Origin: Bigelowiella natans CCMP2755
Taxonomy: Eukaryota; Protista; Cercozoa
Length of the DNA: 60,559 nt
Reading direction: 5' to 3'
Assembly (NCBI GenBank): GCA_000320545.1
Contig: ADNK01003253.1
Span: 1 to 60,559 of the forward strand
Shown here: positions 51,971-60,559 of the stretch, in pieces
Layout of the letters: each line of letters opens with the position of its first letter
Position numbering within the stretch: the stretch's first letter is position 1
Notes under the pieces: generated by a model
The model's input: only the letters and a program-made list of their open reading frames with translations
What the model was told of the DNA's origin: nothing
Database searches by the model: none
Made by a program: the position numbers and the translations under genes

Positions 51971-52001
<31 letters not shown>

Positions 52002-52086
52002 GAAGAGGAGGAGGAGGAGACAAATCGCCTTTTATCGTTATCGTAAGTGGATGATACTACCTACTACTGCTACTACTGCTACTACT

Positions 52087-52119
<33 letters not shown>

Positions 52120-52790
52120 ATCATCTCCTATTATTAGTCAATGAATACACTGATGTTCGTTCGCTGATGTGTTGTCTTGATGAATGATATATCTAATCGT
52201 AAGTACTACTTTCTCTATTATCAACTAGAATTGGGATAGTGAGTAGTCATCATCATCATCATCACCACCTCCAAGGAACAATGATGCAGCAATTGCCAGA
52301 GGTAGGTGGTAGTAGCAGTAGTAAGTAAGTAGTAGCAGAATAGTGTGAGATTGCTAATAACAGATTCTTGTAATAATAACAATGATTGCAAGAAGTTTTC
52401 CCTCCCTCAGCCTCCTTTCTACTTGAATGATAATATAAGAAAAGTCTCTACTGCTCTTACTTCTATCTATAGAAGAGAATCGATTCAATCTATCCAACTA
52501 TATACACTACTCCTCATCAATAATAATGTATTTGTGGTCGTCGTCATCAATAATGCATTGCTACTTCAAATCTACAAATCTGTTACCCCCCCCCCTCTTT
52601 TTTTCCTTTTGGGGGAGAAGAGTAACTATATTTGATTTTATTTGTTGTCTTTTACCCCTCCTCAGTCGTCATTGTTCCCATCTAGCAGCAGCAACAACAA
52701 CAACAACAACAATGTGCTGCTACATCCATCTTTGCTGTCATATCTGGCAGAAAAGAGAGAAGAGGTACTGCTAATAACTAATAATAATGT

Positions 52791-52822
<32 letters not shown>

Positions 52823-53985
52823 TTCGCATCATATATACTACTTTTGCAAATAGTAATAGCTGTTTGAGGAGAGTAGAGCAGGGGGATGCAGTTATTATTT
52901 GTAACAAACACAAAAAGTGATGATATGCTGTTTCTTAATCCTTCTCACACACAAACCATGGTATACAACTACAATTTCAATACATCTAGATCATCTTTCA
53001 TCGTCATAACTAGCTAATCTAATGATGGTGGATATGACAACGAATGGTCACGAATGATGGTGGTGTGTTTGTTTGTTATTATCGTATTGACACATCAATA
53101 TGAATTATGATAGATAGTAATGATGATGATGATAATGATGATGATGATGATGATGATATGATGGTAGGCACAACAAATCATGGCTTGTTCCAATTATGTA
53201 TCAAGGTGATGATGACAGTTTTGAGAAATAAGATAGGCAGAGAAAGAGGAGAAAGATGAAAGCTTTGAGATGAGATAGATACACACAGAAAAGGACAAGA
53301 ATCAAAGAATATGATAACTGTTCAATAACTGTTATTTTGTGAGCAGCAGAAATTGATGATGAGTGCTATCATTATTTTAGCAGTAGCAGCAGTACTTATA
53401 TTACTGTTTATGACGAAAAGGCAAGTAGGATAGTATCCATAAGATGATAAGTAGAATGTCCATAAGATGACAAGAAACAACAACAACAACAACTGGTACT
53501 CACCACAACTCTCTAATCCCTGATCTTCCTTTTCCTTACTATCAGATATAATGTTCAGCGTTGTAATGACCCCAAAAGGTGAGTGAAAGAATGAGTTTAC
53601 ATATCACCATCATCATCACCATCATCAAATGGTGAGATGAAGATGCAAATAGATGTTGGTGGTATATGTCTGATTTACATAGTTTGTCTTTCGATGTTGG
53701 GCTGCTTCATTTTCAGCTTCTAATTGCTTTTGTACGATTGAATTACACACACGTATATACACATATACATGCATATACATATACATGTACACATGTATAT
53801 ACCCTTCTTCCCCCCTCCCCCAATTTCCCTAAGACTGGAGAATTACGCTAAGATTCTTCTCGAGAAACGATTGGGAGACCGAAAGTAGTAGGCAACAAAT
53901 AGTGGTGGTGGTGGCTAGCAGTAGAGAAAAGAAAGGAGAAGGGGCCATAGTAGTAGTAGTAGTAGTAAAAGTATTAGTAGTAGTG

Positions 53986-54016
<31 letters not shown>

Positions 54017-54724
54017 CTGGTCCACTAGTACCTTGCTCTGACAAGCAAGTGATGTAATCATCTCTCTTTCTTCCGTTTTATTGTGTTGTGATATATTATT
54101 GTTGTAATATGATATATGTTATTGTTGTGCTATTATCCTATTACTAGATTACTTGATGTGAGTTTGCATCAAGTAGCAGATTTAAAAATGATGATGAATC
54201 ATCAAAAGCAGCAGCATCAGGAAAAGCACCAAGAAATGTTAGCGCCGCAAAGAAGTGATAACGAGATCATCCTTTCCAACAACACATACAACAAACATTA
54301 ATACATGCTCCTATTAATGTGTATGACGACGATTTTTGTGGGATTATTCACGTCTCTCAAATTGTTGTTGTTGGTGTTGTTGTTGTTGTTGTTATAATGA
54401 CGATAGTGATGTAATCTGCTGCTTACAAATAATAATAACTTACTCAGCGGCAACACATATTTCATTAATTTCCACTTCTCCCATGATTGAAATACACTGT
54501 GTATCTTCACTCGCACATACCCGTCCTTCATCATCTTCTTCTTCTTCTTCTTCTTCTTGACGACCCTAATGTACATACCTACTACTTACGTTTCATCAGA
54601 TACTGATGATGATGGTGATGATGGCAATCATATTTACCCGCATCATGATCGTCATCTCAAGAGCGAGGAGACGAAGTTAATCCATCATCAAAATAGGAGC
54701 AACAGTAGTAGCAGCAGCAATGTG

Positions 54725-54766
<42 letters not shown>

Positions 54767-55630
54767 TCCAACGATGATAATGCTGATGATGATGATAGTG
54801 GCAGAGGAGGAAAGAGACAGATTAGCCATTCTTTCGAAGAAGACAAAGAAAATGGAGAAGAGAGGCAGCACCAACAACAACTGCAAGTACTGAAAGATAA
54901 TGTGGAGAAAGAGGAGGACAGCGGGGAGGAGGAGGAAGAAGACCGGGTAGAAACATTAGAATTGAAAGATTTGTAATAGAAGAAGGAAGAGTTAAGTCAA
55001 CAGCAAGTGTGCAATATAAATGAATACATAATATTAATATATATATATATATATATATACTTATCATACATATAACATATATTTTGCAACAACAAATATC
55101 CGTATCTAAGATATGTCTATACTTCTCCATCATCATCATCATCATCATCATAATCATCATCGTCGTCGTCATCATTGTACAGCTACCACTACTGCTACCA
55201 CTACCACTATCACTCACTAAATTTCTCCCCAACTGACGGATAGATAGATAATTGTATAAATGGCCATTAATAATAATGATACCAGAAAAATGATTGTTCG
55301 ATCAGCAAAGAGACGTAAATAACAATATCTGCATGCATTTCCTCGCATATGATGATATACCTAAAAATAAAATAAATAGAAGTTGGAATGGATGAAGCAA
55401 AACGCTGTCTTGAAGATTAAGAAGAAGAATAAGAACGTGTTGGAGGATCTGACTGTGAGTAGTAAATGCTATGATATAACCCTACTAATGATGATGATCA
55501 TGAACAATGATAAATGACTACTACATATAGTAGTGTACCTACTCTTCCTTTTACAACGATGCTACTGCTGTACTAACGTTATTTTTACACCCCAACCTCT
55601 TTTATTGGTTTTTCTTTATGCGGATAAGCA

Positions 55631-55661
<31 letters not shown>

Positions 55662-55714
55662 CAATGATTAAAATGGCCACCCTTATACCATCAACCTATT
55701 ATAGGTTATAGTGT

Positions 55715-55748
<34 letters not shown>

Positions 55749-57558
55749 TCTACACCTTCTTCCTCCTCTTCTAAACAAATTGATAAATAAATTATCACAG
55801 AGAGAAGAAATGGACGACTTACACTCAAAGCCAATAGCGGAAATGGTGAAGAAAAATTATAGGAGGATGATAATTATTAGTAGTTGTAGTGCTGGCAATA
55901 ATAACCTATATTCTTCTCCATGATAACTTTGACAATGGTGTAACAAATCGCAAATGATGATTGATGGATGATCAGGGTAACTATGTGGCGGTACTGAGAA
56001 GTAAGCATATTTTGAGGGATCCTTTCTCGGAAGATGAAAAGAGCAATAGAAAGGGTATGATGAAATTTATGATGATGATGATGATGATGATGATGATAAT
56101 CAAGAAGAAGATGTGAAAGGACTAAACAGATGAAAAAGACGAATATAAGAATGATGAGAGTGATGATGGCGAGAAAAAGATAATTGAAGAAGAGGATTGA
56201 GATAATATTATGAAGGTGGTATCACCATATTTACCACATGTTGGTTGCTTCATTTATCATCATCGCCTTACTATCAGCTACATCCTTGTGCTGAAAGGCT
56301 CAAACATCATTGCACTTTGCTCTGCAAATTACTCTTATTGCATCATTGCCATTTGCTCTTAGCGTATTTGGTGTGGTCGTTGATTTCTGCTAAAACTACT
56401 CTCCTCCTTCAATATCTTCCTTAGTTAACTTTGGATCTCGATATAAAAAAGGCAAGCAATCAAACAAATATAATAGTTCCCCCCTTCTTCATTATCATGG
56501 TAGTCGGGGGTGGGTGGATGAGCAACGTCATCGGCATCACCATCGTAGAGGCTACAATCATCACCGAGCTGGTGAAGTAGAGAATATGATGATACCGTTT
56601 ATGGCCGTTGATGAGGCAGAAGTGTCACGTTTGGATGACGATGAAGAAGAAGAACAACAACAACAACTACTACAACTCCAAGAAAGAAACGCTGATGATG
56701 ACTATGATGATGGTGGTGAAATTAAAAAAGTAGTAGATTGTGACAAAGAGGACTCGCAAGTCATCTTAGAGAATGATGACGACGATGATGATTATAATCG
56801 AGATTCACGTACAAACGACCGTGGAGAAGGCGGTGATCTTCCACGAATTAATGATATTGATGATGCAGATGATGATAATGACGATGACGGTGATGATGAT
56901 GATGATGATGCTACCGGACGTTCTAACAGAAACAGTAGGAAGAATTCTACAAATGATGAGGATGATATTGTAGTCCTCCCCACGACTACCTCTTCTTCCT
57001 CCTCTTCCTCCTCCTCCTCCTCCTCCTCCTCCTCATCGTTATTGATGAAACAAAAATTATCGTCCAAACGTAGTCAGAGGCGAGCATCATCTAAATCTAC
57101 TGCTAAGTCGCTAACAGCAAAACGAGAAAAGCAGAACAAGAAGAAGCGAGGAGGAGGAGGAGCGAGAAAGCTTCCTCACAATCCCTCCTCCTCCTCTCTC
57201 TCCTCCTCCTCTAGCTCGCCACCTGAAGGAGACGACCACCGTCCTAATGTAGTAGTAGTAGTAGTAGTAGTAGTAGTTTTAAATGATGTATTGTATGTAT
57301 ATGATGAGAGATTATGCTACTACTATCCTTTAAAAAAACAATAATAACACTCTTCTCCCTACCTAACTAATTACAATGATGATGATGATGCCAACCTATT
57401 ACTACCTCTAATAAAAAATGACAATTATGCAATCATGTAGTAGTAGTAGTAATAGTAGTAGTAGTAGTAGACGTATTAGATGGTAGTCGTCGTTAGCATC
57501 ATTAATCACCATAATCATGTTCATTATATATCATGATGATTGTATGCGGTATGTCACT

Positions 57559-57605
<47 letters not shown>

Positions 57606-58170
57606 TTTCTATATTATATACTTAGTCCGTAGTAAGATGCTTTGAGGAAAGGAAAAAGAGGAGACGACTGTCATTCACAGAATTTCTTCTCCGGGCAAAC
57701 AACAACCAGAAGAAGAAAAAGAAGAGGGATTTAGAGCTACAACAGCAGCAGCAGCAATACCTAGAATGTGAAGGAAGAAGAAGAAGAAGAAGAGTTACTC
57801 CTCTTCCCCCTTCTACCTCTTCTTCTTCTTCTCTGCATAATAATAGCAATGCGGATGGAGACAGCAGTACTTCTGCTACTATTTCTGTTTCTAGTGATGA
57901 TGGAGATAAGGATGATGATGATGATGATAAGAGTACTGTCTCGACAGCAGCAGTGACAACACGAGAAGAGGAAGATATTGATGGAGAATCATTGATACAT
58001 CAAGTATCATCTGCGGTACTACAACATAGTATATACTGCTGATAACTACCAAAGGAAGGGGCGACGATGAAGAAGTGATGTAGATGATGATTAGAATATA
58101 AGAACCAATTTAATGATTTCCTCCTTCAACCATCTTATGTGATATGTATTATTTTATGTAGCTGCTGGCC

Positions 58171-58223
<53 letters not shown>

Positions 58224-59092
58224 ATTATTTGTAGTAGTGTGATTGGCCGTCATAAGATTAATTTACCGTGGTGGTGGCAAACAACTAATCCATCGTCTAA
58301 TCTCTTTCTCTCTCAGCGAGTGACAACACTATCGTCGTCCCCATCCCCACCATCGGAACCACTGTCGTTGGCGGTCGCGCCATCGGGAGAGGGGGGGGCT
58401 ACTACCGAAGGTGAAGAAGGTGTTGTTGCTAGGGTTAAGAAGGCCTTATTAGGAAAAATAGAGGATGATTACTACTCTGACGGCAAAAACATGGTATTAA
58501 CAATATGTTAGTAAAGATTAGGAATAGAAAGAGGGAGAGATTGAGAAGAAGAAGAGAAGGATAGCATTATGTGTATTGATGGTGTGTTCTTCATGCAGGA
58601 TTTGGAATATTTTTCCCTTCCTCTTCTTCTCTTTCTTTTCTCTTCCAATTTCCAAAGTTTTGGTCTGCTTATTCTCAATCCTTTCTTTTGTTTATACTTT
58701 TTCCTCCTCTTCTTGTGTTTCCATTTTTACACTGCACTGATATCTGGTCTGCCTAACTTGCGACAACTACTGTTAATACTAATACTACTACTACTACTAC
58801 TACTACCACAATTTGTTCTCCTAGGAAGTGCAGCAGCAACATCATGGCCAACAGCAAAGCAGGACTTTCAGTAAGAAAGAAAAAGAATCAATGAAAATGA
58901 TGATAGTGCAAATGATGTCGATAATCAAAGAAATATAGTGTTTGCTATATGTTGTACGTGAGTAGTGGGAAAATATGCTAACCCTAACCCACCTTTTTTG
59001 TAGAATGTGAGACGGTGAGATCTGAGAATGATCACAACAACACTAACTTCAAGAATGAAAGGCCTTCGATGAGAGCAGGTTCAGAAGTGTAT

Positions 59093-59133
<41 letters not shown>

Positions 59134-59768
59134 TAGTCACTGTTACCTATGGAATATCTATATTGCATCTAATATTGTCTATTATGATGGTACAATAATA
59201 GCAAACGAAGGGCGTCAAATGGCATCATTATTAACTTTTTCGTCGCCATCATCATCATCAACATCAATACATCAACCATCGGCCATGATCAAAGGCAAAG
59301 ACTGCGTCTCTAAGAAACGTCGTCATAGTATCCAGTTCTGGCGTAAAAATAGCCTGAGGGAAGTGAAGAAATTGGCTGTATCGCTTTTCCGTAATACTAC
59401 CAACTTTTCTCCTGAACATAAACACAAAAGCGATAAAGCAAATTTCCATCTTTGACAAAACTCATAAATGTACGCATAGATGCAAGGACATAAATATTAT
59501 CATACTGAATGTGACACATACTAATATTTCACACCCATTTTTAGGTTCCAACATCACTGCAAGGCAAATAAAGCAACAGGTGTTACAGAAGCAATATCAG
59601 CAAAAAGTTACATACCTTGTTGAGTTAATCCGGAGCATTAGTGATGCTAATCCTACAGAACAACGGATGAAAAAACAGTATATTTCTACGTTGTTTGATG
59701 GCCTAGCTCGCCGTCACAACAATTCGAATGTGGGAATTTTACTAAAGCAGAGGCTAGCAGATGGATGA
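43314..59768 (+). CDS. INTS6: Integrator complex subunit 6 (VWA domain), many exons, large low-complexity insertions
   Basis: Ordered exons match INTS6 motifs: MIFLFVVDTGCSMNQ (43314), SLLDCAKSAIEQFVKARLHDPASRND, YLLVT, LALLNAFSLLNKYRMAGIDTFGSGRHPWYIEPSAVIVLTDG, RWDQRIYTLLLRFPG, GHWPIPECYFPD, PVDKYEI, IYPYD, YVSGIPQYY, DDLHSKPIAEMGNY...LRDP, NFGSRYK and MAVDEAE. Probable last exon ...YISTLFDGLARRHNNSNVGILLKQRLADG then TGA (59768). Assigning the last exons to this gene is inferred. Confidence 0.88.
43472..43605. repeat. 44-bp tandem repeat x3 in INTS6 intron 1
   Basis: Unit gaagcatgcatgatacttcccctataaattcgtaataatatctc at 43472, 43516 and 43560. Confidence 0.9.
48941..49045. repeat. 20-bp tandem repeat x5 in an INTS6 intron
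   Basis: Unit tgatRgtgRtagactatRaa repeated head to tail with no spacers. Confidence 0.9.
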
Positions 59769-59880
59769 ACAGTATGAAAAGACAGCAAGATGGAGATGTG
59801 TGCAAAGCTTGCCTGTTAGTGTTGAATTCATGCGATGTTTGCAGTCATCAATGTCTCATTGGTAAACTCACTTGGCTACC

Positions 59881-59948
59881 AAAGATGGATTGTGTGGCAT
59901 CGTCCGCTAGCTAGCCCGGTTCCACCCAACCATGTCAACAAATTTGCG

Positions 59949-59985
<37 letters not shown>

Positions 59986-60485
59986 CTTGATTATGACTCG
60001 GTTCGATCAAATGCCACATGGTCGACCAGACACAAGGACGCAACAAGCGCACCGTCGAAGAGCATGATCTTGCCACGTGTGCACTGCTCGGAATGATCAT
60101 GAGCGCGCTGCGTCACGTTGTGGACCAAACGTGCCACACGCGTGCCCATCACAAACCAACACAACAACCAAACAATCCGAAACAAACTCCACAGTCATCG
60201 TCATTTACACTCATTGCATGAGTTGATCCGAACCATTGGTGATGTTGATCCTGCAGCACAATGACTCTGAAACTGATCAAAACAATGCACATTTGCACGT
60301 TGTTCAATGGCCCAGCTCGCAGTCACAACAATTCGAATGTGGAAATTTTGCCAAAACAAAGGCTAGCAAGAAAACGAATGCTGTGGACAGACAGCAATGT
60401 GGGTAACATGTGCACAAAGCGTGTCTATCAGTGTCCATCAGTGTCCATCACAATCACCTGAGACATCACGCTCCTCACCAACTCA
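59881..60485. other. Subtelomeric TpA-depleted hypermutated domain 3
   Basis: About 7 TpA by eye in about 600 bp, 3 of them in CTAG, against the TpA-rich INTS6 gene immediately upstream. Confidence 0.85.
60219..60434 (+). pseudogene. Degenerate duplicate of the probable last INTS6 exon and start of its 3' UTR (source about 59621-59822)
   Basis: Aligns by eye with 59621-59822 (e.g. gtcacaacaattcgaatgtgg is identical). Translation ICTLFNGPARSHNNSNVEILPKQRLA vs ISTLFDGLARRHNNSNVGILLKQRLA. It contains an indel and a stop. Confidence 0.85.
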
Positions 60486-60559
60486 TAGGGTTAGGGTTAG
60501 GGTTAGGGTTAGGGTTAGGGTTAGGGTTAGGGTTAGGCTTAGGGTTTAGGGTTAGGGGT
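60486..60559 (+). repeat. Telomeric repeat (TTAGGG)n, chromosome end
   Basis: About 12 units with the G-rich strand pointing to the window end. The last few are variant units (TTAGGC, TTTAGGG, TTAGGGG). Confidence 0.95.

Larger units (their letters stand above)
160..59130. repeat. Dense dispersed microsatellites ((GAT)n, (TAG)n, (CA)n, (TA)n, (GA)n, (GAA)n), mostly in introns, concentrated in 1-26.9 kb and 42.3-59.1 kb
   Basis: Directly visible. They generate most of the homopolymer-rich short ORFs in the ORF track. Confidence 0.95.

Noticed and set aside
59621-60434. Classical fungal RIP
   Set aside because: RIP enriches TpA in repeats. Here the repeats lose TpA and the intact gene copy keeps it, which is the opposite polarity.
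60533-60559. Variant telomeric units as a mixed-repeat telomere
   Set aside because: Only a few units at the extreme contig end, where consensus errors are likely.

Overview
Eukaryotic (protist-like) chromosome end. The window is AT-rich and full of microsatellites, and it finishes in a (TTAGGG)n telomere. The taxon cannot be fixed from sequence; a nitrate-assimilating alga such as a chlorarachniophyte is only a guess. Recognisable intron-containing genes are a PPR protein (8838-20489, -), an APC-family amino-acid permease (21175-26923, +), an NRT2 nitrate transporter (30316-32469, -), a PH plus probable RGS domain protein (about 33663-38174, +) and Integrator subunit 6 (43314-59768, +). Two poorly defined genes lie at the left end. 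The main signal is three sharply bounded domains (about 27360-30060, 38480-42280 and 59880-60485) containing LINE relics, an inverted repeat and a duplicated INTS6 exon. In these the dinucleotide TpA has almost disappeared, replaced by TpG or CpA, and it survives mostly inside CTAG. Comparing the intact INTS6 last exon with its subtelomeric copy gives the direction directly: 10 of 11 TpA became TG or CA. This looks like a repeat- or heterochromatin-targeted A-to-G DNA hypermutation process acting on both strands, the mirror image of fungal RIP. No candidate enzyme gene is visible in this window. All counts and alignments were done by eye.
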